Below, one piece after another: positions 5,688-15,234 of a stretch of 31,553 nt of DNA. A program made the position numbers and the translations under genes. Source of the DNA: a virus (lineage: Duplodnaviria > Caudoviricetes); IMG/VR virus record IMGVR_UViG_3300044262_000068, positions 1 through 31,553 of that record. One strand, given 5' to 3'. The notes beneath the pieces were generated by a model. The model was not told where the DNA came from and did no database searches. It saw only the letters and a program-made list of their open reading frames with translations. The stretch's first letter is position 1. Every line of letters begins with the position of its first letter.

Positions 5688-7132
5688 CATGTCAAATGTC
5701 CTTTCCGTATTTCGTAGACAACTATGTAAAAATCTACGACGCAGTTGCGGGAGGATGGATAGGTTTTAAACTTTGGAACGACCAGATCATGGTCGCCGAA
5801 GAGCTCGTTAACAATCGACTAAACGTTATCTTGAAAGCGCGCCAGTTAGGCCTTACTTGGCTCGTACTTGCGTATATTCTGTGGCTGATGCTTTTCCACC
5901 CCTCTGTAACCGTGCTGCTCTTCTCAAGACGCGAAGTAGAAGCAATCTATTTGCTGGACAATCGTCTAAAAGGCATGTACAAACGGTTACCGGAATGGGT
6001 AATGGTGAAGACAATAGTTTCGGACAGTGCGCATATATGGGAGCTAAGTAATGGCTCAGTAGCTTACGCGTTTCCGACGTCTGCAGGCGACTCATACACA
6101 GCAACTTTAGCTTTCGTTGATGAGGCGGATTTGGTCCCTGACCTTGAAACACTGATGTTGTCGGTCAAACCAACAATCGACGCGGGGGGAAGAATGATTT
6201 TGCTGAGTCGCTCAAACAAGGACACGCCAAACAGCGCTTTCAAGACTTTGTTTACAGCAGCGTGGCAGGGCAAGATCGAATGGAAAGGCTTGTTCTTACC
6301 TTGGTACTCACGGCCTACAAGAACTCAAGAGTGGTATCAAGCACAAAAAGACGACTTTCAAGCACGTACCGGAAGCCTTGACGGCCTTTACGAACAGTAC
6401 CCTGCAACCCCTGAGGAAGCGTTAGCACCTAAATCACTAAACAAACGCTTACCGTTCGAATGGGTGAACCGCTGTTACAAGCCTATGGAAGGAGAGTATG
6501 TAAGTGAAGTAGCAGGATTGAAGGTCTACAGAAGGCCAACAGTAGGCAGAACGTATGTAATCTCCTCCGATCCTGCTGAAGGAAATCCCACATCGGACGA
6601 CTCCGCAGCTCACGTGTTTGACGAGCTCACTCTCGAGGAAGTTGCAATACTGGTAGGTAAGTACGAACCCATGAATTTGGCAGAACGTTTACTCGAGATA
6701 TCGGACTTTTACATGAACGCACCTATGATGATTGAGCGTAATAATCATGGCCATGCTGTCATAGCTACCATCAGAGGCAAGGAGAATCGCGAACAGCTTT
6801 TGATGAGAGGTTTAGACGGCAAGTATGGTTGGATGACAATAGCTAAAAGCAAAGCGCACATGTATTCAGAGGGTGCGAAGCTCTTCAAGGAAGGACTACC
6901 GACAATACACAGTCACTCAACCTTCCTTCAGTTAGTTGACGTGGAAGGGAGTACACTCAAAGCTCCCGAGGGTAGTTTCGACGATGAAGCAGTAAGCGCG
7001 ATGTTAGGGATTGTGGCGGGCGCGATGCCTCCAAGACAAACATTTGGAATCCAGTATGCCAGCACAAGTAGACACGGTAACTCAATTAACGCCCGTAGAC
7101 GTCGCTATTCTCGAGTCACGTTCGGAAGCTGA
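5660..7132 (+). CDS. terL: Terminase large subunit
   Basis: Walker A ILKARQLGLT, Walker B AFVDEAD, RNase H-like nuclease ISSDPAEG...IERNNHG...DDEAVS. Confidence 0.95.
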   Translation: MEDAKQEWLACQMSFPYFVDNYVKIYDAVAGGWIGFKLWNDQIMVAEELVNNRLNVILKARQLGLTWLVLAYILWLMLFHPSVTVLLFSRREVEAIYLLDNRLKGMYKRLPEWVMVKTIVSDSAHIWELSNGSVAYAFPTSAGDSYTATLAFVDEADLVPDLETLMLSVKPTIDAGGRMILLSRSNKDTPNSAFKTLFTAAWQGKIEWKGLFLPWYSRPTRTQEWYQAQKDDFQARTGSLDGLYEQYPATPEEALAPKSLNKRLPFEWVNRCYKPMEGEYVSEVAGLKVYRRPTVGRTYVISSDPAEGNPTSDDSAAHVFDELTLEEVAILVGKYEPMNLAERLLEISDFYMNAPMMIERNNHGHAVIATIRGKENREQLLMRGLDGKYGWMTIAKSKAHMYSEGAKLFKEGLPTIHSHSTFLQLVDVEGSTLKAPEGSFDDEAVSAMLGIVAGAMPPRQTFGIQYASTSRHGNSINARRRRYSRVTFGS

Positions 7133-8498
7133 AGATAATTATCAGCGCTCAATACTTCTAGCCCGGAAGTATCACAAGGGGGAGCAGATGGCTCAGATAA
7201 CGGATCGTCTCAGACAGTTCCTTCCCAGTGTATCCGAAGGTGGGGAGGATTTTCGTCTCAATATATGCCGTGTGATCGTGTCCGCAATGACCGACAGAAT
7301 GAGGGTCATCGGTTTCGATTCTGTGGATACCAAAAAAATAGAGTGGGCTACAGAAGTGTGGGACGACAATAAGGGCCCAGTAGTCGAACTCGACTTGTAC
7401 GAAACGTTGCTTCGCGATGGCGAGGCTTTTGTAATCATTGACGTCGACCAAGAGACTAAAGAAATCTTTTGGCACGTCAATCCTCGATACACATCTCTTG
7501 ATGTTGGGGGCGACGGATCAGGCTGCAAAGCATTCTATGAGAATGATGACCCCAACCAACGACTCCAAGCGGTCACTAAAGAGTGGATTACCTACGACGA
7601 TCGAGGGAGAGTTAATCGTTGGAGAAACATTTACTACCCCGACCGAATAGCCAAACAAAAGCACAGCGGCGAGAAGTGGGTTACATACGACGAACCTTCT
7701 TGGAGAGATGCACAGGGGCAGCCTTTAGGTGTAGCTGCAGTACACTTCTACAACAAAGGATTCAAGAGAGAAGCGGAGGATGCGTTTACGCCTCAAGATG
7801 CTGTCAACAAAACGTTCTTAGATTTGTTGGCGTCTTCAGATCTAACCGCATTCCGCATTTTTGTGGCTCTCGGATGGATACCTACAATTGACGGTAAGGC
7901 ACCAGAAGAAGATCAGAGCAACTGGATGCCTATCGAACCCGGAAGGCTCATTGGTACTGACAAACCAAAGACCGAAGTATCTCTTGATACTATCGAACCG
8001 GGCGATCTGACCCACGTCATGAACACTGTCCAACAGATCATTATGTGGGCCAGTATGGTTACAAACACTCCTGTAAGTAGGTTCATCGCGACCAAGCTTA
8101 TCGCTAGTGATGAAACTCTCAAGCAGCAAGAGGAGCCCCTAGTAGCGAAAATTGAAGGGGCCAAGACACTCATATCATACTCGTGGCGTAAGGTGTTCCA
8201 ACTCACTGAAAAGATATGGAACGTGTTGTGGAGCCCTGAAGTGTCGGATCAGAAAGTCAAACCTATTTGGTGCCACTCAGCATCCGAAGAATCGCTGATG
8301 GCCAAGCTCAAAACCAAAAAAGAACTGGGTATACCAACCAAACAGATCTGGCGCGAGATGGGCTACACCGAGACGAAGATTCAAGCTATGTTGAATGAGC
8401 AGACTGAGGAACGTGAAACCGCAGCTGCTTTGATAAATCAAAACAGAGAGGAAGAAGGAGGCGAAGATGCCGACCAAGATCAAGAAGATCAAACGTGA
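7056..8498 (+). CDS. Portal protein (SPP1 gp6-like)
   Basis: Follows terL. Contains YHKGEQ, NICRVIVSAMTDRM.V.GF and LLRDGEAFVII, plus an acidic tail. Probable start at ATG 7056. Confidence 0.85.
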   Translation: MPAQVDTVTQLTPVDVAILESRSEAEDNYQRSILLARKYHKGEQMAQITDRLRQFLPSVSEGGEDFRLNICRVIVSAMTDRMRVIGFDSVDTKKIEWATEVWDDNKGPVVELDLYETLLRDGEAFVIIDVDQETKEIFWHVNPRYTSLDVGGDGSGCKAFYENDDPNQRLQAVTKEWITYDDRGRVNRWRNIYYPDRIAKQKHSGEKWVTYDEPSWRDAQGQPLGVAAVHFYNKGFKREAEDAFTPQDAVNKTFLDLLASSDLTAFRIFVALGWIPTIDGKAPEEDQSNWMPIEPGRLIGTDKPKTEVSLDTIEPGDLTHVMNTVQQIIMWASMVTNTPVSRFIATKLIASDETLKQQEEPLVAKIEGAKTLISYSWRKVFQLTEKIWNVLWSPEVSDQKVKPIWCHSASEESLMAKLKTKKELGIPTKQIWREMGYTETKIQAMLNEQTEERETAAALINQNREEEGGEDADQDQEDQT

Positions 8499-9114
8499 TT
8501 CAATCACCGAACTCGGAGACGAGTTTGAAGTGCTGTCTGATTCAGAGGCTGCCGAGACTGGTATAGAGCTGGCAAACGACGAAGTACTTGTAATCGCACG
8601 GCCAGCCCCTGTGCAATCTTCGCAGTCAGACGCAGGTAGTGAAGAGTTGCAAACCCTGCGTTCAAGACTGCATACCGTCAATCAGGAGTCTGCTCAACGG
8701 CGCATAACGATCAAAGAGTTGACAGACAAGCTGAATGCTGCTAGTTCCAGAATTACGCAACTTGAGCAAGTGGAAACGACGCGAGCGCAAGAGGCTCGTA
8801 AAGCCTCAGCGCAGGACCTTTTCAAAGAGTACGTGAAAGAGAAAGGTCTCGCATTTGTTGATGAGACGGCTGAAGGCGACATCCGCGACGCTGCTTTGTC
8901 GACCATAGATTGGACAAAGGACGTGACCAAAGAGGCTTTGGTACCCCTTATCGACCAGATCGTGGAAAAGAAAAAGTACGCCCTGAAGTCCGCAGAGCTT
9001 CCTCGCACTGGAGGCGGGAAGCAAGGTAATGTGGGTCAGGGTACGGTCGAGATTGACCTGCATGAAGTCGCACAGGCCTTCAACTTACCATACGAAGAAC
9101 CGAAGGAGCAATAA
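8467..9114 (+). CDS. Capsid scaffolding protein
   Basis: Coiled coil LRSRLHTVNQESAQRRITIKEL; lies between portal and capsid genes. Confidence 0.75.
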   Translation: MPTKIKKIKRDSITELGDEFEVLSDSEAAETGIELANDEVLVIARPAPVQSSQSDAGSEELQTLRSRLHTVNQESAQRRITIKELTDKLNAASSRITQLEQVETTRAQEARKASAQDLFKEYVKEKGLAFVDETAEGDIRDAALSTIDWTKDVTKEALVPLIDQIVEKKKYALKSAELPRTGGGKQGNVGQGTVEIDLHEVAQAFNLPYEEPKEQ

Positions 9115-9488
9115 TGGCTGCAATAACTTATGTGTCGCGGAAAGTGCGTTTGGCTAACACCCACAACGTACTTACGCGCACACGGCCACTTGCAGGGACA
9201 GCGAACGTTGGTGAAGTCGCGAAGCTTGACGCCAACGGTAACTGGGTAAAGTCTGATGGTACAGGTCCGGGATTGGGCGTGATCATCGGCATCTCTGATG
9301 GCCGTGTTGAGGGGCTTGTAGGTGACGATGCTGAAGTGTTGATGTGGGGCATCGTTGCCGGTTACGAAGTTGATCCGGGAGAGATTGTCTACGACGGAGA
9401 AGATGGTTCCGTTGCAGATTCCGGAACAGTGGTGCTGGGTGTCGGCTTGAACGACAACCTGCTCTACATTCGCCCATCTCTAGCATAG
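9114..9488 (+). CDS. Head decoration/cement protein (putative)
   Basis: Gly/Val-rich, beta-like 124-aa protein immediately before the major capsid gene. Confidence 0.65.
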   Translation: MAAITYVSRKVRLANTHNVLTRTRPLAGTANVGEVAKLDANGNWVKSDGTGPGLGVIIGISDGRVEGLVGDDAEVLMWGIVAGYEVDPGEIVYDGEDGSVADSGTVVLGVGLNDNLLYIRPSLA

Positions 9489-9498
9489 GAAGTGTATC

Positions 9499-10590
9499 AT
9501 GCCTTTCGGAATTAACGACCTCAAAAATGTGATACGCATTCCTGTGAACTGGGATCTTGCGTACATGCGGCAATGGCAAACGGCTGACGGTGTCACGTGG
9601 GACCGTATCGTCGCCCGTATGGGTGCCGCACTATCGTTGTTCAATCGTTCCCTTACGTCAGGTGTATGGGGCTCCTTTATCCGAACCACAACAGATCTGG
9701 GAGTCGAGTACGCCATTTCGGGTGAGAACGATGAACTGCCTCCAATGCCCGAGCACAACCGCCCCGACCTGTTTGCAGGAGAGGCTGGCGGGCACATGAT
9801 CCCGATGCGTGACTACGGCGGAGGCCTTGGTTGGACTTCGTTGGCTCTTCGTCGCGCAACGGCGAACAAAATGGATCTGTCGATCCAAGCGATCATCGAT
9901 CGTGGCCGTGTCACTTGGGAGCGACGCATTCTCGAGCGCATGTTTAAGTCGAATGTGGTTCGTGTAGGCGCTGGCGGAGTCTCCCTTCCGTTTGCGGATG
10001 GCGGCGTAGGCGACTCGGAGTACATTCCCGTTCCGTCGGGAGGTTATGAGTTCGACGCAACCCACAACCACTACTTCCGAGAAACGGACGATGCCTCGGG
10101 CAGGTCTGCAGCGCTTATAGCGATGGCGACAGCTCTCCGTGAACACGGACACACTCCTCCGTATACTCTCGTCATTCCAGAAGCGGACGTCGCTGTCTGG
10201 GCAGCTCAAGATGAGTACACTCCCCCGGCCAATGCAATCCTTCAGACAGTAGGTCTCGAGCGGCGTGCAGTGAATGTGGATACGTCCCTTTACACTGGCG
10301 TGTTTGAGGTTGACCGTGCCTGGGGCTTCATTATGCCAACGTCGAGAGTACCAGCCAATTACGCGGGCATGTTCAAGCCTTACGGCTTCGGTAGCGCATC
10401 CAATCCGATCGCGATCCGCTACGAGCCTGGTTATCCTCTGGGCCTCACGATTGAGGGTCAGGTCGTCATCTACCCGCTGCAGGAAGCAGTAGCAATGTTC
10501 ACGTTCGGTGCAGGCGTTAACGACCGAACGAACGGCGCACTGACCTACTTCGCAGCGAACGGCGACTACGTGGATCCTGACATCGCGTAA
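9499..10590 (+). CDS. Major capsid protein
   Basis: 363 aa; position after scaffold and decoration genes; followed by a stem-loop and head-completion genes. Confidence 0.8.
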   Translation: MPFGINDLKNVIRIPVNWDLAYMRQWQTADGVTWDRIVARMGAALSLFNRSLTSGVWGSFIRTTTDLGVEYAISGENDELPPMPEHNRPDLFAGEAGGHMIPMRDYGGGLGWTSLALRRATANKMDLSIQAIIDRGRVTWERRILERMFKSNVVRVGAGGVSLPFADGGVGDSEYIPVPSGGYEFDATHNHYFRETDDASGRSAALIAMATALREHGHTPPYTLVIPEADVAVWAAQDEYTPPANAILQTVGLERRAVNVDTSLYTGVFEVDRAWGFIMPTSRVPANYAGMFKPYGFGSASNPIAIRYEPGYPLGLTIEGQVVIYPLQEAVAMFTFGAGVNDRTNGALTYFAANGDYVDPDIA

Positions 10591-10641
10591 CTCCTTTCCG
10601 GTATAAGCTACGGAGACTCGGGGGACTCCGTAGCAAAGGAG
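10591..10641 (+). promoter_or_regulatory. RBS-sequestering stem-loop after the capsid gene
   Basis: Outer CTCCTTT (10591-97) pairs with AAAGGAG (10635-41), the next gene's RBS. Inner stem GCTACGGAG/CTCCGTAGC. Confidence 0.65.
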
Positions 10642-10646
10642 AGACC

Positions 10647-11021
10647 ATGACTTTCTCATACGATCCGACTCTTGCAACAGACCTCGACTGGATAAGGTTG
10701 CAGATTGCTGACACTGTCGTAAACAACGGCCCTCGAATCGACAATCTCAACTACTCTAATGAGGAGCTGTCTGCGTTGTTGACAAGGGCTGACGACGTGA
10801 AAGAAGTTGTAGTCTCCCAAGTGTTTGCAATCCTTGCCAGTGAGTGGACGAAACTGGCTGTGTCGTATACAATAGGTCCTCGAAAGGAAGAGCTCCACAG
10901 AATCGCAGCCGCTTACGAGAAGAAGGCCGAAGAGTGGTCGATCATTGCAGGCACCAAACACACAGTGTTCTCTTCCGGACTATACAGAGCAGGTTCACGT
11001 GAAAACTCCGAGCTTAATTAG
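10647..11021 (+). CDS. Head-tail adaptor/connector
   Basis: MTFSYDP...DLDWIRLQIADT...YSNEELSALL pattern; first gene after the capsid gene. Confidence 0.7.
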   Translation: MTFSYDPTLATDLDWIRLQIADTVVNNGPRIDNLNYSNEELSALLTRADDVKEVVVSQVFAILASEWTKLAVSYTIGPRKEELHRIAAAYEKKAEEWSIIAGTKHTVFSSGLYRAGSRENSELN

Positions 11022-11301
11022 GGCATTGAGAGTACCGGCAACGATCTCAAGTCGTTCGGGTTCTTTCGACACCTTAATTGCGCCCATCGACGCAATGGAT
11101 CCTTTTCTTCTGGAGAGGTTTCAACTGGAGTCACCTTTACATTACCGGCAGACCTACGCATACACTCCTGAAGTAATAGAAACTGGTATGTTCTTACGTT
11201 CAAACGATTCGGAGTACCCCATAAAGGGAGTAGCTCCATATCCTGATGATGATGGTAACACATTCTACTTTTTGGTTCTCGAGAATCTGAAATCACTATG
11301 A
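10999..11301 (+). CDS. Head closure/stopper protein (putative)
   Basis: Synteny; G..L...D.EY.I.GV pattern. Probable GTG start at 10999. Confidence 0.55.
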   Translation: MKTPSLIRALRVPATISSRSGSFDTLIAPIDAMDPFLLERFQLESPLHYRQTYAYTPEVIETGMFLRSNDSEYPIKGVAPYPDDDGNTFYFLVLENLKSL

Positions 11302-11948
11302 CCGTCAACCGTGCTGACATCCGTAAACAGTTTGCAACCTTCCTCAGGACTTACCTGGTTGGGGTGGATAAGCCTGCTGATGCCTTATACGAGTATCAAG
11401 TAGGTGATTTTAGAGGACGCAAGATCGTTACTATAGTGACAGGTGCAGGTACTGACCGAAGGAACCCTTCGAGTGACGACAACAACAGTACCTTCTATCT
11501 CGAAGTACACAACTTTGTGCTGTATGCTATAAAGCCCGAACCCGTTCTCGAAGATCTCGAAGCTGGCGATGATGTTGTTTTGTCTCTTCGAAACACCGCA
11601 CTCTTTTCGATCGGAGACACAGTTACGGTTGAAGACGGAACCTACACCAACGTTGCTATAGTGACTGACCTTGAAACAAACACATCCATCACTTTGGACA
11701 CTCTAGCGAACGACTTTACGGGTCCTACAGTTTCAATCTGGACTGAATTGCAGTCTGAAGACATGATAGACCTTATGGAGCAGCTCACCTACGATGCCGT
11801 GGTGGATGCTAACGATGAAGATAAATGGTTATGGGTAAGTACTGATGGACGAAGTGAGCCTGACCTTGTCGACATTGGAGGCAACCCCTACAGACACGAA
11901 ATTATTCCTGTCATGATTGGCATACCGGAGCTTTTATGGCAGTTGTAG
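11298..11948 (+). CDS. Tail terminator/completion-like protein with an inserted beta-domain (putative)
   Basis: Synteny; N-terminal RADIRKQFATFL. Central segment LSLRNTALFSIGDTVTVEDG...SITLDT. Confidence 0.5.
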   Translation: MTVNRADIRKQFATFLRTYLVGVDKPADALYEYQVGDFRGRKIVTIVTGAGTDRRNPSSDDNNSTFYLEVHNFVLYAIKPEPVLEDLEAGDDVVLSLRNTALFSIGDTVTVEDGTYTNVAIVTDLETNTSITLDTLANDFTGPTVSIWTELQSEDMIDLMEQLTYDAVVDANDEDKWLWVSTDGRSEPDLVDIGGNPYRHEIIPVMIGIPELLWQL

Positions 11949-12418
11949 GAATCAAACTCGTTGTCGATGGCAAGTTAGTACGTTCAAGTCTGCAGGATCT
12001 GTCTGCGGAGATACCTAAGATAGGCACTGCACAAATCTACCGTGCGATGGTTCGTGCCCGCTCCAAATTACGAAAGAAAGCTTCGCGTCCTACCTACCCA
12101 ATACCTTGGGATAACATCAAACAAAAGATCAAGGTAATCATTCTGCTCAAGCAAACCAACAACCTGCCCTACAGACGTAAGGGCGATTACAACAAAGGGT
12201 TCGTTGTCGTTAAGACAGAGAACGGTTATGAACTAGTCAATAACACTGAAAAGGCTTCGTTTATCGGAGGTGATGCTGAAGGCAAAGGGCAGTCACGTAT
12301 CTTCCGAGAAAGATATCCTTTGATACGTTCAGTCGTAGATACGGAGTTTGAGAAGGTTCCTAGTGCTGTAGTTGAGCACATACAACTTGTAGCGAAAGAG
12401 AAAGGATTTGGTCCGTGA
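11936..12418 (+). CDS. Neck/tail-completion protein (HK97 gp10-like, putative)
   Basis: Basic protein with YRRKGDY...VNNTEKASFI pattern; synteny. Confidence 0.5.
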   Translation: MAVVGIKLVVDGKLVRSSLQDLSAEIPKIGTAQIYRAMVRARSKLRKKASRPTYPIPWDNIKQKIKVIILLKQTNNLPYRRKGDYNKGFVVVKTENGYELVNNTEKASFIGGDAEGKGQSRIFRERYPLIRSVVDTEFEKVPSAVVEHIQLVAKEKGFGP

Positions 12419-13125
12419 CGGATAAAAGGTTAGCAATACTAGACGTACGTCCTATAAGCTCCTGGAGTTTCCCTAGGATCCTCTTAGGCATCCCCCTCGA
12501 GCGCGCCATCAGCCATGCTGACAAGGTGTTCCATCAGTTTCTTAGAATAGCAATGAACGGTCCTGACATCGCTCGTGTTCCCTACGGTCGGGTAGACATA
12601 GTGAGAAACAGACTTGCAACACAAATACTCACAACGATGCAGTACTCGCACTTGCTAATGCTAGACATTGATCACATCCATCCCCACGACATTATTCAAA
12701 TGTTCGCGGCCGATATTCTGCTCAGTCCCGAAATTAAGGTGCTGAGTGGTTGGAACTTCCGTCGAGGCAAGCCCTTCGATCCTGTAGCAGGAATGCTCGA
12801 TGATAAAGGTCGAAGAATGATGTTCGAGGATTGGCCCAAAGGAGTCATTGAAGTCGATGAAGTCGGTGGTGGTTCGTTGATGGTGCACAGGAGCGTATTC
12901 GAAACAATCCCTCCTCCGTGGTTCTTCAACGTATACGACAAAGTATGGGAGAATGAGTACCCCGGAGAAGATGTTGGATTCAGCCAGAAGTGTCGGGAGT
13001 ATGGCATACCGATGTACGCCGATACTCGCATAAGCTCTCCTCATTGCATTGATAGTACTGTCACGGAGAAGACGTTCAGGCAGTACTGGGAGTTGCACAA
13101 AGATGACGAGGTGCTCAGTGTTTGA
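12415..13125 (+). CDS. GT-A fold glycosyltransferase (GT2-like)
   Basis: RN.L, HLLMLDID (DxD), EVDEVGGGSLMVHRSVFE.I..PWF, GEDVGFS, DTRI...H. Confidence 0.85.
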   Translation: MTDKRLAILDVRPISSWSFPRILLGIPLERAISHADKVFHQFLRIAMNGPDIARVPYGRVDIVRNRLATQILTTMQYSHLLMLDIDHIHPHDIIQMFAADILLSPEIKVLSGWNFRRGKPFDPVAGMLDDKGRRMMFEDWPKGVIEVDEVGGGSLMVHRSVFETIPPPWFFNVYDKVWENEYPGEDVGFSQKCREYGIPMYADTRISSPHCIDSTVTEKTFRQYWELHKDDEVLSV

Positions 13126-13744
13126 TTTCCTTTATGACATACACAAAGGTGAGACTTGTTTCGTTATAGGCAACGGACCTAGCCTCAAGGACGTCCCTAA
13201 CGAATTCCTGAACCGGCATCCCTCTTTCGGCAGTAATCGTATATACCTAAAGTATTTACCCACCTATTACGTCGTAATAAACGAGCTTTTGATCAAGCAA
13301 TACAAAGAAGAGATAGACGCTCTCGAGACGACAAAGTTTGCCAGAGAGGACACGAACGTGAGGAACGCCTTCCCTCTGCACCTTGTCGAAGCACCGATGT
13401 TCTCGTTCGCTCCCACAGAGTGGGTGTTTGACGGACACAACACAACGTTTGTTCTTTTGCAGTTAGCTTTTTGGATGGGCTTTACTACAGTGAAGCTTGT
13501 CGGTGTTGATCACAGATACGAGTTTGAAGGGTTGCCCAACCAAACATTACGTATGGAGGGTGACGACCCTAATCATTTCGATCCCGAATACTTCAAGGGA
13601 GCACAATGGCAGGCGCCTGATCTTGAAGTGTCGGAACTGGCGTACGTTATGGCAAAGGAGGCATATGAAGCGAATGGTAGACAAATAGTAAACATAACAA
13701 GGGGAAGCGCCCTCACTGTATTCCCGATTGAAGGTGAGCCATGA
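13118..13744 (+). CDS. DUF115/Maf (MptE-like, CstII-like fold) putative glycosyltransferase
   Basis: CFVIGNGPSL, FGSNRIY, LQLAFWMGF..V.LVGVDH, DPNHFDPEYF. Probable GTG start at 13118. Confidence 0.8.
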   Translation: MFDFLYDIHKGETCFVIGNGPSLKDVPNEFLNRHPSFGSNRIYLKYLPTYYVVINELLIKQYKEEIDALETTKFAREDTNVRNAFPLHLVEAPMFSFAPTEWVFDGHNTTFVLLQLAFWMGFTTVKLVGVDHRYEFEGLPNQTLRMEGDDPNHFDPEYFKGAQWQAPDLEVSELAYVMAKEAYEANGRQIVNITRGSALTVFPIEGEP

Positions 13745-14412
13745 CAAAAGTGAGTGCCATAGTATCAGCGTATTTCGCTGAGGAGTTCATCGACTGTCGA
13801 CTGCAGAACTTGCTGGCTCAGAATCCTCAACCCGAAATCATTGTGATTGCTAAGAGCGGTTCAGTCGAAGCACGGAGTGCAAGAGAGCACAGAGTTTGTC
13901 TGGTGGAGACTGTGGACGTCCCTACTCTGTATGATGCTTGGAATGTAGGCATCGAAGTCGCAACAGGGGAGTACCTGACAAACGCAAACTCAGATGACAT
14001 TCTCTACCCCAGAGCTCTTCAAGTGATGGCAGAGACATTAGATGAACGCCCCGACATCGCCCTGTGCTATGCCGACAGTGATGTGGTACATCAGTACATG
14101 GGGGATCCTGTCAACCGTATTGTATGGATTCAAGGAGGTGTCGAGGAAATCAAACACGCATGTTTTATAGGCTCAATGCCGATGTGGCGGAAGAGTCTAC
14201 ACACCAAATACGGACTCTTCGATTACGAAATGAAGAGTGCAGGCGACTACGAATTCTGGCTACGCATCATGTTGGCAGGCGAGAAGGTATTGCATATACC
14301 CCGAGCGTTGGGTGCTTACCTTGTGCGTGAAGACAGCATTTGGCATAGCAAGCCTCTCCTCTCAATTTGGGAAGTGGCCAGGGCGCGCAGTCGATACATT
14401 AAGGAGTTGTAA
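13741..14412 (+). CDS. Glycosyltransferase family 2
   Basis: KVSAIVSAY, YDAWNVGIEVATGEYLTNANSDD, PMWRKSLH..YG.FD, AGDYEFWLR. Confidence 0.9.
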   Translation: MTKVSAIVSAYFAEEFIDCRLQNLLAQNPQPEIIVIAKSGSVEARSAREHRVCLVETVDVPTLYDAWNVGIEVATGEYLTNANSDDILYPRALQVMAETLDERPDIALCYADSDVVHQYMGDPVNRIVWIQGGVEEIKHACFIGSMPMWRKSLHTKYGLFDYEMKSAGDYEFWLRIMLAGEKVLHIPRALGAYLVREDSIWHSKPLLSIWEVARARSRYIKEL

Positions 14413-15218
14413 TGTCAACACCGTCAGGAAAGCAATTGTCCGTAGGTCTCCGTAGGGCAGTCATCTTCGCTCTTGACGCGGAGGGCTTCCCACTAGCTTC
14501 CGGTACCCAAGCCTATGAAGGCATTGAGGTTATCGGCCCTAAAGCTTTCACTCTTTCAGTCCCCGATGCTCGAAGGATCACACACACAGGCAACGATCGC
14601 GTTCTTGCCATCGATTACTTGCCTCCGACGGAAGGTGTCACGGGTGAGCTTCGTGTGGCGGCAACCGACATACCTGCGAAGGCGGTTCTTACAGGAGTCA
14701 ATGTCTTCACTGCGGGTGAAGCAAGCATGCTACCCTGGGGTACCGACCAACAAGGTTTCGAGACCGATGTTGCCTTGCTTCTCTTCCAGCAGTCTCTCGA
14801 CGCCATCTCCAAGTCACGTCGTTGGAAGTTCTATCTGATCCCGAAAGCACGCACCATTCCGTCACCTGCATCCATGGACGAGAATCCTGCAGAGGATCGT
14901 TACCAAGTCGCTCCGAATCCTACTGCGTACCATTTGTGGGGCACTGCTCTTGCAGACAACACAGAAGGTGCAACGGAAATGGCGCTCGCTGAAGGCATGG
15001 CTACCAACCGTCCTAATGTGGTTGCCTTCCTCGCAGACGGCGCAGAGACTGATTTCCTCCTGCCTGTCAACAAGCCTGCAGTGTCGATCGACAAGATTGC
15101 GGTGTGGGTTGATGGTGTTTTGCAGACTACAGAACTCGGCACCCTAACAACCACCACGATCCCGTTCGACGTGGCCCCTGAACTCGGAGCGATCATCGTA
15201 GTGTACTACGAATACTAA
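14412..15218 (+). CDS. Major tail (tube) protein with a C-terminal accessory domain
   Basis: Directly precedes the chaperone pair and tape measure. C-terminal domain DGAETDF.LP...V.VDGVLQ...FDVAP..GA.IVVYY. Confidence 0.7.
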   Translation: MSTPSGKQLSVGLRRAVIFALDAEGFPLASGTQAYEGIEVIGPKAFTLSVPDARRITHTGNDRVLAIDYLPPTEGVTGELRVAATDIPAKAVLTGVNVFTAGEASMLPWGTDQQGFETDVALLLFQQSLDAISKSRRWKFYLIPKARTIPSPASMDENPAEDRYQVAPNPTAYHLWGTALADNTEGATEMALAEGMATNRPNVVAFLADGAETDFLLPVNKPAVSIDKIAVWVDGVLQTTELGTLTTTTIPFDVAPELGAIIVVYYEY

Positions 15219-15234
15219 ACGAAAGAGAGGCGAG

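Noticed and set aside
10591-10641. Rho-independent terminator or ribozyme after the capsid gene
   Set aside because: No U-tract follows the hairpin, and the CCGGUAUAAGC resemblance to a twister loop lacks the rest of the core.
9658-10677. 339-aa antisense ORF over the capsid gene, and the other antisense or nested ORFs in the late operon and polA
   Set aside because: Shadow frames of well-supported genes, with no motifs or RBS.
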